Part shown: positions 21,670-33,480 of the stretch, in pieces | How the letters are laid out: each line of letters opens with the position of its first letter | Position numbering within the stretch: position 1 is the stretch's first letter | Assembly: GCF_001194135.2 (NCBI RefSeq) | Contig: NC_068988.1 | Span: 39,434,613-39,470,380, forward strand | DNA from: Octopus bimaculoides | Taxonomy: Eukaryota | DNA: 35,768 bases | Direction of reading: 5' to 3' | The notes under the pieces: generated by a model | Database searches by the model: none | Told to the model about the DNA's origin: nothing | Seen by the model: only the letters and a program-made list of their open reading frames with translations | Program-made: the position numbers and the translations under genes

Positions 21670-23170
21670 TGGATGGCATTCGGGAAAACGCTTTTATGCT
21701 TGGGAAACACGGTGAAACGAAATTTTGGCTGATAATTTCCGTCCAGTATTTTGTCTTTCACTGATGTGGAAATTACGAACCGGAAAGTACTTGGATGTAT
21801 GTATGCTTTCCCTGAGAACGAACAAATAACACTCGAGGGACAAAAACAGCAGACGAGACGTAACAAAAAACGAGCAGACGCGCAGAGATTAATTTCTGAT
21901 TGACTGAAGCTATTTTGAAAATTTATAAGGGTAGACACTAGATTAGCGATGGCATGGATAGACTATAAAAGGCTTACGATGTTGTTCGTTATTCTTGGAT
22001 ACTGGAATGAATGAAAATGTTCCGTTTATCTGTTTTGGTAATAACATAACAGATAAGTAATATTCACAATGTAAGAGGAAATTGACAACGTCGGGAGAGT
22101 TGCTGAGAGAAGTTGAGGAAAAGGGAATTTTCATGTGATAGTGTATCCCCTTATTACTTGTATTGGAGATGTTACCGTTAACAGGAATATTGCGAAAAAC
22201 ATGAAAAGAAAGAAAAAACAATTTAAAGCCGACCAATTTTTTTATGGATGGTCTTAAGTTGCTAGAGGAGTGTGGGAACTGTTAATTTACTTAGAAATGA
22301 CACAGGAATGGAATTCCAGATAAAGAAGTGTGGTATACTTATAGAAAAAAAAACAAAAAAAAAACAAAACAAAACAGGATGGATGGTGTAAGCAGATGGA
22401 ATAGTGTTGGCGAGGTAATGAAGGGAATACTTGAGAATACTACAAGCCGATAGTGCCAAAGAGACTGAATGGAAGGAACTATTTGGAAAATAACACCAAA
22501 GAAAGTTAAAATTAGATTTAAAGACAAAGTTAAATGTACGAAATATGATATTAGCAATAAATGCATGGACGGTATCAGTGATGAGATATGTGAAACAGGG
22601 ATACTAAAATGCAATAGAAATAAAACTTCAGAGGCTACCCAGAGATGAGGAAAGCGATGACAACTCATGAAGGATTACACCCGTAAAGTGATATTCTAAG
22701 ACTGGAAAAATAAATAAAGAAGTTTGATAAATTGTGTGAGAGGTATAAAAAGTAAAGAAAATATGAGACAGTATGTAGCTAATAGTTCAGAATTGTTGTT
22801 GGTTGATGTAGAAGTTTCAGTGACAGAGACTGCAGACTACGTTGATAAGGATTACTATATAGTTATAAGAAAAGAAAACAAAGACTCATTGTGGTGCGCT
22901 GCGTAAAGTACGGATAGTTTGTCAGAGATATGAGTAAGAGTGTGGATAAGCAAGGGACATGAGAGTGGGTGTGAAAGTCAGACCTAATGTTTGGAAGTTA
23001 TGCATTCATCTAAGATGCACCAGAACAAGTACTTGGAACAAACTATGTGAAATATCACATCAATAAATATAATGAACCTTCATTAAGTAGACTAAAGCAT
23101 TATTCATATAGTAAGCGAATGAAATAACTTGCTCAACGAAAATAGATAAGAGAATGCGTCAATATTTGGA
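21670..23170 (+). mobile_element. Dong/R4-clade LINE, RT to zinc-finger fragment
   Basis: Frameshifted motifs: NFRPVFCLSLMWKL, LAMAWIDYK-AYDVV, FMDGLKL (LFMDDLKL motif), AINAWTVSVMRY, APEQVLGTNYVKYHINK...LAQRK. Confidence 0.82.
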
Positions 23171-23269
23171 TGCATCGTTCATTATATAGAAAATTTAATT
23201 CGAGTAGAGCTAATAGGTGATACGAACATCAACTTTTGATACGAACATCAACTGGGTTATTAGTTTCAA

Positions 23270-23442
23270 CTTTTAGCACAGCGGCAGCAAGTGGGAAGGG
23301 ATAAATCGATTAGTTCGACTCCAGTGTTCAATTTGTACATTATTTTATCGACTCCGAAAGGATGAAAAGCAAAGTTAAAAATAGAAGAAATGCTGCTAAG
23401 CATTTTGTCCGGCGTGCTAACGATTCTGCTAGCATACCGACT
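23270..23442 (-). mobile_element. SINE family B with internal deletion
   Basis: ttatcgactccgaaaggatgaaaagcaaagt joined to ctaagcattttgtccggcgtgctaacgattctgc. Confidence 0.8.
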
Positions 23443-23449
23443 CAATGCA

Positions 23450-24450
23450 GAGGTATATTAACAAGTCAATGCGCAGTGAGCCTTCATCATTGTGATGAAA
23501 TAAATGAGATGAGATGACACTGTTGACGTTAGCAAAAAAAAGAAAAAAAGAAAGGAAGTAAGATGTTGCACAATAATTGACATAGCATTTCCATAATGAC
23601 GCAGCTTTTCCAAAATGTGTGAAAATGAACAAGACTGAGAAATATTCAAATCTGAAAATTTTCAAGGGTGTAGTGTTTGAGAAATGTTGAAATTGTGCCT
23701 GTGGTTGTAGACACTCTTTGTACAATCTCTAAGAAGATGAAATCATGGATAAAGAATTCAACAGAAGTATTGTAGACACCCACATTACTGTGATGTGAAC
23801 CGGAAAGATCTTAAGAAAAAATGTTCGAAAATTGATGAAAGATTCTTAAAGAATCTTTGGTCATTGGTCATGACTTGAGTAGTAAAAACAACACAAGATC
23901 TATGTGAAACAAAGAAGATGGTAAAACTAAGAAGAAAAACTAAAATACATTAAAAGTTTTTTATAACTTTGTTGATACATGATGATAATTTTTAGCTGTT
24001 ATAGATACTGCAGAGATTAATTCCGATAGATCTGTGAAACAGGAACAGTTTTGCGGCATGTATTTATGATAAATTCTTGCTAAAAGTTGCTATCATCTGA
24101 GAGGACATTCCAATAGAGATATTTAAACTATATAAACTACATTTTACATTCAGATAAGGATGCAATGAAAAATAGCAACGTAAAAGCAAAACAAAACAAA
24201 CAAGTCAGTCTGAAAAGTCACACTGAATCTAAACGATAGCATAACCAAGAACTGAAACTTGTGTTTATATACATATTCCTATAAACATTTCCTATATAGA
24301 GTCGTCATTAAACGTAAGAACAAAATTTGAAAAACCATCTCTTTATTTTATTCCTATTTTATTTATATTGATAAAATATAATTTTATTTCACAAGACTTG
24401 TTTGCTTTGGAACTTTTACTAAACAGCTGGAAGCACTTATTTATGTAATA
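23450..24450 (+). pseudogene. Candidate decayed TLR-like gene (LRR, LRR-CT, TIR)
   Basis: LHNN*HSISIMTQLFQNV*K*TRL (LRR-like), NCACGC..KMKSWIKNS..HYCD (LRR-CT-like), LKVAII*EDIPIEIF and FLYRVVIK..FTKQLEALI (TIR-like). The 3' part is homologous to 10570-11010. Confidence 0.38.
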
Positions 24451-24727
24451 ATATATTTTACTAACAATTTTATTTCATATTTTATATCTACTATCGATGA
24501 TAGATAACACACACGCACGCACGCACGCACGCACACACGCACACACACACACAAAGATATGTATTTATATACCGTGTCCGCTGTAGTAATAAAGGTGTTG
24601 GTGGCAGTGGTGATTGTACTTGTGCTGGTGGTAATGGCGTAGAGGTCTTGATGTATACACTTAGCTACAATAATGTCGCTCACTTTCCATGGATAAATTA
24701 TCTCTATGTGTCGTGCGTTTTTATTTA

Positions 24728-27439
24728 TACTGAACCGCAAAAGAAACGCAAATTTTCAAGTGTCGCTTTTATATGGTAAATTCTGAAAATTTATTTCGGG
24801 AATGTAAGTGTAAATATTTCAAGGTTTATGGCTAAGACTCAAATTGCTGGTAACCTTTCAACTTTTCCTGAAAGGAGACGCTAAAACGCTGCTGCGTTGA
24901 ATACCGGCAGTCGCAAACTGTTGTCATGAAAACTGAAATGTATATGTATCTTGTGGAGATTATGAATGTAAAAATCAACTTGAACCGCGTTCCTGGTATT
25001 CGAAATTTGTCCAGCAAGATTTAGCGTCGTTCTTAACGGCCAGTGTCGCTTGTTTATTTGTATATGACAGTTTACACCATTGTTTTACTGCTTTGCGGCG
25101 GTTTTGGTATCATTTTCCCCTTTTTTAAGTGGAGAAGCGCTTTTGGTATAACTTAAATACTGGTTGTGAAAAGTTAAGTCTTTCTGACTTGGATTTGTCG
25201 GAGAGTGAATTAATGGAATTCTTGAATAACATAGAGGAGGAACTGTCAAGTGGAAAAAGCCTAATGAATGTTAACAACAAGAAAAGTATCAAAAGTTTTG
25301 CGGTTACGGCCGGCACTTCAAAAGAGGAGTCAAAATGTGAAATGCAGGATTTAAAGAAGTTCAAGGACCTGTTGAAAAAGGAGGGGCACGTAATTGAGCT
25401 GACCCCCTCCTCGCAGAGTTACTCAGGATACGTTGAAGAAAATAATAATAATTAAAACGTTTATAGTCAAAGAGAAAATATAGATGTGGGAACAAGGGTC
25501 CAAATCGAAATGTCCTTTGGACCCATCTGGCCGGAAATTACGTACCTGGCCAGGGATAACAAATATCCTTCGCTGGAAGTGTGGTTTCAAATAGAGGAAA
25601 TAGCCAGGCAACACTCCATGGCCCCACTGAAGACGGATGAAATTATTCTTCCACCATCATATCTTGGAAGGCGAACTTCCCGGGTGAGGGTCCAAGAAAT
25701 CCCATCAGAGGTGGATGTTGTCTGGCTGGTAGCGGCGATAACATTCGGCTTGGAGGAGGGGATAACAATCCTCCAAGCATCAAGAATACCAAAACAAAAC
25801 AGGCTAGAGCAAAGGCTGGAGATAATCATCCATGCTGCCCCGCAGGACATAGAGATTATTATGGACACTATATTGGTGGGTGACAAGAGATTGTAGAGCA
25901 ACTGTCTTTTTAAAAAGGTGAAAAAGAGAGGAAGTGGAAAGAGAAAAGAGAGAAAAAAGAGACTCGGTGTGTAAACGTTTAAAAAAAAAGAAAAGAAGGA
26001 AAAGTGACTCAATTTGCAAACGTTCTATTTTAAAAATAAAATAGAAAGAAGTTCAACGTGGCTGCTTGGAATGTGAGGTTTCGGTAGCCGTCATTTCGCC
26101 TTTTCATTTTTTCACATTCTATCTTTTTTCCTTCGTTTTTTTCCTCCATCTTTTTGTTTGTGCTGTCTTGTTTGTCTTTGTGGCGTCCAATCTGCGTTTC
26201 GACCTTAATGGTTAATAAAGAACAAATTCCTAATTTGGATGCATCAGTTATGACCCGATTGTCAGCAGCACAGAGAGAAAAAGCTATCGACCGATTTCAA
26301 GCAGAAAACGTGCTCCGGTTGTTGCGAAAGCTTACACTGTTCATGTCAGCACCATCTACCGCCTGCAACAGTGATACAACAGCACCAACAGCACTACAGA
26401 CCGTGCCCACCGATGGCACCCCCAGGTGACCACGCCCAGGCAGGACCGCTTCATCCACCTGCAACACCTGCATGAACGCTTCAGACGGGCCAGCATGACA
26501 GCTCCCATGACCATTGGCACTGGACAGTGACCCATCAGCGACGACACGGTACGATGTTAACTGACCACCAACAACCTGCGTTACCGACCTCCTGCTCGAA
26601 GGCCTGTCCTCACTGCACGCCTCCATCAGGCACGACTACAGTGGGCTACACAGCACCGACATTGGCTGCATCAACGGTGGAGGTCGATACTCTTGTCTGA
26701 CGAGAGCCTGTACTGTGTTTTCATCTCGGCTGGCAGAGTGAGGGTGTGGTGTTGGAGGGGTGAACGCTACAGAGACGCATGTGTCATGGAGAGAGATGAG
26801 TGGGGTGGCCAATGCATCATGCTTTGGGGTGAAACAGGCCTAAATCAGAGAAATAGGCCCCATGTGTTACAAAATGTTGGTGCAGGTGGAGGGATTGGCA
26901 TCACAGTGCAGCGCTACGTTGACTAGATCTTAAGAGCCCACATCGTGCCCTTCTTTGCACGTCACCATAGCCAGCATGACAATGCCTCTTCCTACACGAC
27001 CAGAGTCACCATGGACTTCCTGCGTCAGCACAACATTAGAACAATGCCGTTGCTGGCTCTCAGCCCGGATATGAACCCAATTGAACACCAATGCGATGAA
27101 ATCAAGGCAGGCAGCTCGTGTGGAACTGGAGACAGCTTTCCCAAGGGTGTGGGCACAGGTGCCAATGGCTTTTGTGAACCACCTCATGCACTCCATGTAC
27201 CGATGGTGTATGGCCGTTTTGAACACCCAAGGAGGGCATATACGGTCTTGAATATGTCACGTCCTACAATCTCGATGTGCTGGATCCGCACACTACCAGA
27301 ACACATGACAAAAACCCAGAGACTGGTCAAAGTGCATCCCAAAAATTGACTATCAGATTTATCAAAATTTATCGCTGGCATAATGGAATTAAAACATATT
27401 TCAGTCACACACGTCCCACGTTTCTTTTGCGGTTCAGTG
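24728..27439 (+). mobile_element. Tc1-family (DD34E) DNA transposon with nested insert
   Basis: TIRs tactgaaccgcaaaagaaacg (24728-24748) and cgtttcttttgcggttcagtg (27419-27439) match at 20/21, each flanked by TA. Transposase remnants start at about 26250: MTRLSAAQREKAI, SDES, QHDNA-34 aa-PDMNPIEH. Confidence 0.92.
25090..26080 (+). mobile_element. Tx1/L1-like LINE 5' fragment (ORF1 and first codons of ORF2) inside the Tc1
   Basis: ORFs 25129-25455 and 25486-25896 (PSYLGRRTSRVRVQEIPSEV, RRM-like ORF1 character). These are followed by KKFNVAAWNVR (about 26045-26078), like the WNVR start of an APE endonuclease. Confidence 0.6.
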
Positions 27440-27480
27440 TATATGAAAGAATTATGATAGAATTAGAAGCAGGAATTGGA

Positions 27481-27697
27481 AGGCGGCAAGCGCGCAGAAT
27501 CATTAGCACACCGGGAGGAATGCTTAGCAGCATTTAGTCCGTGTTCATGGTCTGAATTCAAATTCCACTGAGGTCGACTTTGCCTTTCATACTTTCGGAG
27601 TCGATAAGATAAGTACCAGTTGAGTAGTGGGATCGATGCAATTGACTCACCCCTTCTCCCGATAATTGCTAGCGTTGTGCCAAAATTCGATATCATT
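27481..27697 (+). mobile_element. SINE family B, tail type 3; a more degenerate copy follows at about 27705-27830
   Basis: aggcggcaagcgcgcagaatcattagc...gtcgactttgcctttcatactttcggagtcgataagataagtacc; tail cacccttctcccgataattgctagcgttgtgcc. Confidence 0.85.
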
Positions 27698-28555
27698 ATG
27701 ACAGATTGGTGGGTTAGCAGATTTGAAGACTCGATACAGCATCAGAAAAAAAATTCTTTGCGGCATTTTCTTCCGATGTTATACGTTCTGAGTTCAGATA
27801 CCAACGAAGCCACCATTGCCTTTCATTCATTCATTATTCTCCATCAACTTAATTAGAAATAGCTAATAGGGCTGCGGATTGGCAAATTGTGTTGAGCATC
27901 GAAGTTCATACTCCTCCGCGGGCCGATTTTATCTTTCGTCCTTCCGAATTTGCTGCAATAAATAACACTCAACTACTCGGTGCTTGCGGAATCGAACAAC
28001 TCACTCTCCACAAAATGTTATTTCTTATTTCTGTCTACATTCGAATTCGTTATAATGACGGAATATATAGTGTTAGGCGAAGAAATCTCATGCTATTTAA
28101 TTATGTTTTATTGAAGTTCAGACATCGAATCTCATCGGAGTTGATTTTGCGCGATCGATGTGATAAATAACAGACAGGTAGAGCGACTTTATTGATGAGC
28201 ACCTCTCATCAAATGTGTGACATTGTACCAAGAGAATATATATGTGTGTATATGTGTGTGTGCGTGCATGCCCGTGCGCACACACACACACACACACACA
28301 TATANNNNNNNNNNNNNNNNNNNNNNNNNNNNNNNNNNNNNNNNNNNNNNNNNNNNNNNNNNNNNNNNNNNNNNNNNNNNNNNNNNNNNNNNNNNNNNNN
28401 NNNNNNNNNNNNNNNNNNNNNNNNNNNNNNNNNNNNNNNNNNNNNNNNNNNNNNNNNNNNNNNNNNNNNNNNNNNNNNNNNNNNNNNNNNNNNNNNNNNN
28501 NNNNNNNNNNNNNNNNNNNNNNNNNNNNNNNNNNNNNNNNNNNNNNNNNNNNNNN

Positions 28556-28929
28556 GAGAGAGAGAGAGAGAGAAAGTGAGAGAGAAAGAGAAAGAGAGAG
28601 AAAGAGAAATAGAGAGAAAGACAGAGATAAAGAGAAAGAGAAAGAGAGAGGGAGAGAGAGAAAGAAGAGAGAAAGAAGAGAGAAAGAAGAGAGAAAGAAG
28701 AGAGAAAGAAAAAGAGAAAATTAATTGGCTTTCTCTGAGGAATATAGTTTCTATTAATATTTCTTCTGCTGCTGGTAGTCGATGATTATCATAATGGAAA
28801 TATTGATGATCATGAAAACGATGAGGTTAAGAAAAATGATGAGATGAGAATCTGAGGAGTGGTGGATGGTGATGAAGATGATGATGATGACGACGACGAC
28901 GACGACTACGACGATGACGACGACGACGT

Positions 28930-28969
<40 letters not shown>

Positions 28970-28990
28970 GACGATAACGATGATGATGAA
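28556..28990. repeat. GA-rich and (GAT/GAC)n simple repeats
   Basis: Direct reading (28556-28718 and 28868-28990). Confidence 0.9.
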
Positions 28991-29049
28991 GGGCAAGGAT
29001 GAGGATGAATAGGTGCAAGAGGAAGAGGTTGGTGATACCCATGTTGATA

Positions 29050-30400
29050 GTGATGAGGGATTCAATGATTTCTACCTTTGGCACAAGGCTGCATATTCTC
29101 CAGGTGGTGTCTAGATAGATTTCATCAGTATTTAGCATAGAATTTCTATAATATCGCTAAAAAAAAAAAGGACAGAAATTTCCTGAATGGTGAGGGTTAA
29201 TATTTTCGATGTTCAGACTGTACCACCTTAAATAGATGTCTGTGGAAGCGAAGGTCATATTCTTCGAGAGAAAATTGGGCACAGTAATAACTGAAGTAAC
29301 TTTTTGTTCGGACACAGTAGGAGTAACACTAAGAGAAAGGTGGACAGTATTGAGTTGGTGTTGAATTTTCAGGCACTGAGTAAGAAGGAAGAGAGTGGTT
29401 CACCACTATCCATGGATCATAGACAGGTCGCGTTGATGACATTGCTATGCCTATTGAGTTTATTTCGTAGTAGCAAAACCTTTCAGTAGCTCATCCAGTC
29501 CAAGGTCTTCTTGACTTCCTGTCCTGAATGTTATCGGAAGGAGACTTTTTCACAACTGGCCGGCCATGTTCGTTGCTATTTCCCAGAATGAAACGTTTGA
29601 ACATCAGTTGATTCCATTACGTATAATTATAGGACGGTGTGTACTTGATGTAAACAGACCAGACCATAGCCTAAGTATGTTTTCCGGCCGTAGCTCAATG
29701 TTGTATCCAGACTGCAGGAAGATGATACTTAAAAATGAGAGGCTTACATCTCACCATCGAATTTGCCTAGTTGAATTTGTGAATTTTCAAGTACGACATC
29801 TTATGACGCTAAGGCAGTAGGTATCGACAGCAAATTGTTCCTCTTTCTATTGAAACTAGAGTCCTTTTTTTAACTCAGCACGTATCAAAATTATTCGTTT
29901 GAAATTATCTCTGGCATTTTCCGCATTCTTGTCTTCAATAATTTCACCACTTAACGGCTCACACATCTGCCAATACTTCCGGTTAACTGCCAATGGTGAT
30001 AAACGATACTGCTAAGTCGACTATTTTTAATCACAGAAGACGGGCAAGGAAATATAGAGATTAAAGTTAGACCATCAAAACTCAGAGATTTGCTCCTTGC
30101 ACAGTACTTCAGGACCTCCAACATTTCAGCTGGTATTATCGGTTCTTTGTAACATACTACCACACTTGGAGAGAAGGAAACATGCTGTTGAGGGTAGGTG
30201 TTAGATCTCACCGCATCCAGCCTACTGCATCCACCAAAGAATCGGACAAAGTCTACACGAAAAGCAGCACGTGTTTGCCTAGAATCAGTTAGCATGCGCC
30301 CATCATGGCTCACCACGTTGTGCCTCTGCCAATAGAGTCCATCGAATGACTAACTTTCTAGTGTCACAGGACACGAATCTTAACTAGGACAAGGGAACAC
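29050..30400 (-). mobile_element. Tx1/L1-like LINE ORF2 (RT) fragment
   Basis: ORF 29951-30316 DGRML..AFRVDF..F...EPIIPAEMLEVLKYCARSKSLSFDGL..VYHHWQ resembles the L1/Tx1 pre-RT PIT..E...K...KSPG.DGL motif. It continues as VVKLLK...EEQFAV. Confidence 0.7.
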
Positions 30401-30785
30401 TCGAGTTTTATTATGGAAAATAGTGTTCGAACGGAATTCTCCTGAACACTTGAAGCTTCCTCAGAAATGGCTCAAGAGCTAAATCAGACATAATCGATAA
30501 GTGAGGCACTGTTGATGGACCGAGAATTTAATTCCACTCGGTTCTGGTGGGTTAGTATATTGTCTAATCATAGAGCAAATATCACTGTGTATTGAAACGA
30601 TTCAACCTTTAAATACGGACACGAAATCGATTTCACTGATGATCACAGTCAGTTATTAATAGTTGCCTCTACTGGATGGCTTTAAATGGATTAAAGTAGC
30701 TATAAAATATTCTTTCAGAATGATGAATCCTATTTGATGGAATTTGTTGCGGACATATCTGCCGGGAATTGTGCGGTCCTGTGCA

Positions 30786-30930
30786 AAATAAATAAATGAA
30801 TAGATAAATAAAGAAATAAAGAAATAAATAAATAAATAAATAAATAAAGAAAGAAAGAAGAAGAAGAAGAAGAAGAAGAAGAAGAAGAAGAAGAAGAAGA
30901 AGCTGCTGCTGATGATGGTGATGATGACGA
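30786..30930. repeat. (AAAT)n-(GAA)n-(GAT)n compound microsatellite
   Basis: Direct reading. Confidence 0.93.
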
Positions 30931-32239
30931 TGATGATAGTGGTGGTATCGGTGAAGAAATAAAAAGAAGTAAAAGAAGATGGGGAAGAAAAGTCAAATAA
31001 AAAAATAAAATAAGGAAGAATAAAATTAACAGCAATGTGCTACAGAAATATTGTAATAGTTATATAACTGAACGCATATTAATTTTTGCAGTGCTGGTGC
31101 TTGAGCAATGGTGGTGGGATGTTATTTATATAACCGCACTTAGAACGTAACGCTTTCAGGTTTTTAATCATGCATAATGACGTTTCACAGTTTGTATTCT
31201 AATTTTCTTATTTAGTTCATGCGCTGCAGCATCCATCAGCAGATATATTTTCAGCTGTAACAAGTGACAAACGTCTACTTATTTGTGACATAAAAACCCG
31301 TGGTTATGTGAATGCTATGGTATTTTTTCTATTAATTAGAACAATAGTCCAACTTATTTGTGGAACATATGAGCAATAAGCAACTCGGTGCTTTATGTTT
31401 CTGAGTGCAGATCTGAACATAACGACTTGTATTTGTCTAGAGTCTATAAGAGAATAGAAAAATACTAGAATGCAGAAGCAAAGATTGTTATTTCGGTAAT
31501 TACACAGCTATAAGAGGAGAGGCGTTGTACATGACCTTTGCAAACCATTCTAGATTGGTGAGAACGATGCAGGATGATTTTTTTTTTATTAGAAAAGCGA
31601 TTCGATATTTGTTTTGTTTTTGTGTTAGAAATGAAACTGCAGCACTCCTGAGCATTTTGCAAAAATTGTGAAACTGGTTTGAAGAAGAAGAAAAGAAACC
31701 CCAAAGTGTCTATCCGGACTGTGACAGCGCTATAATAAACTTGAGTGTCGGAAGGTAGCGTTAAGCGGGGTGACTGATTCACCCATGAACTCTTTCTACC
31801 TCAATGTGACAAGCTTCTGTACAGTTCCAGTTTATTTAATTTCACTCATAATATTTGGGTCACCCAAACTTATAATTGAAAACACTTGCCAAAAGTGCCT
31901 TCCTGCGGGGACGAAACCGTATATAATTTGATTGCCATCTAAATTTCTGAGCCATATAACCATATAACCATATCTAAAACCCTCAACGTTGATTTTTGTA
32001 CAACTTGTATGGTAAGGAGAAGAATTTGCAGTGGTGTGTAGTTATAGCAAAGATGGAGAAAATGTTTGTTGCGAGGACTGTGTTGTAGGAATCGTTAGTT
32101 CAGAGGAACGGGTGTCATTGTAGTTGATTAAAATGTGTAAAGTTGCTATTGTGGTCAGCTCCGATTTTTGCCTTTTATTGGTAGCGTTCCGGCCAACTCA
32201 GTCATTCACTTGAGCATTGTTTGACAAAAACTACATTAG

Positions 32240-33480
32240 CCAACACTTCCTTTCCATTTTCAAAATTTGACATATTTTGCATATTTGGCTGCTATTTCTA
32301 TTATACCATGGGGGCATGTCAGGGTCTCCACCCTTACACATTTATATAATTATATTTGGTAGTTGGCGACTCACTGTACTCGAGAAAACCTATCTTAGGA
32401 AAAAAAAAGATTTGACAAAAAGCAAGGTCTGTGCTCCATCCCACAATTCATCCCTGTCAAATCTTCCTCACAAATCATCTTCCTAACATCCATTCCTCAT
32501 TCACCCTTCTGATTACGACACTATTCACTTAGCTCCTGTCGTTATATAATAGCGGAACTGCACAAATTTCTTCCCCATTTTGTGTTACTTGTTATCCCTC
32601 TCCTTGGAGCCACTTTCTTTTGGCATCCACCCTGCATTTCCAATATCGTTCCTTACCACTTTCCTTTCCACTGAAAGTCGCTTTCTTCTCAACACATTCT
32701 TATATCTGCCATCGACAGAACCCTACTAATTTCGTTACTCAATATTTCCACCTTACGTCCCTCTATTTCCCGTCTGCTTCTCTTATCCTGCACACTCCCA
32801 CATCGTCTCACTATTTTTCATCTTCCTACGGTTTTGGTATACTGATGCTCTTCACCATCCTCCTGTTTCGGACTAACACCCTTCAACTCTTCTTCGCTGA
32901 CACATTTCTTTTTCTTTCACATGTCATCCAAAACTGATACTTACCACCGATCACACTTCCACACGATTTCACCATTTACTGCGTTTATCTCATCAATCAT
33001 GGTCTCTAATCTTTTCCGATTATCTGTTTCTATTCCGTTTTATATTCACCTTCTTTTACCATGGGGATGCACCGTGACAGTTGGTCAGCGCCATATTTTT
33101 CGTATTTCTAACTGGGGTAGCCATGTATCTCATCTACAGCGTTACTCTCCGTCTATCACACTTTAGCCTCTCAAAACCTGACATGAAAGAATCTCCCTCG
33201 ATGTTACACTCCCACTCAGTTAAAGACCGTTGTATTGCGAGTTACTTGGTGACCTAACGAGTGTCGGTGTCAAGAAAAATGCATCCACTATTTTCTGTAA
33301 ATTGTGTGGCATTAGGAAGACATTATCAACCGGAGACATTATGCTAAATCCGACAATGGAACTCACCGCAGTGTTCTGACTTGTATGATCGCGTCCAGCT
33401 GTCCAACCGATGTCAGCGTAGAAGAGGAACCTTAATCAATGGTGATGATAGTGTGAATAACTTCAACACGCACAAATAGA
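32240..33480 (-). mobile_element. RTE-clade LINE 5' fragment (UTR and decayed APE endonuclease)
   Basis: NVGSVQDKRSRREIEGRKVEIL resembles the RTE APE start NVGTMTGK..E....RRKVDIL. The 5' part contains cttcctaatgccacacaatttacag, which I recognise as an octopus RTE-associated 5' repeat. Confidence 0.55.

Noticed and set aside
23219-23253. Short tandem duplications (gatacgaacatcaact x2; also aattttacccatgttta x2 at 34693-34728 and aaacgtt x3 near 35520)
   Set aside because: These are ordinary slippage-type local duplications with no further structure.
1383-28785. Long ORFs spanning N-runs (e.g. 1383-1907, 13557-14405, 16527-17228, 18449-19360, 28192-28785)
   Set aside because: They are open only because N codons cannot be stops; the flanks are microsatellite translations.
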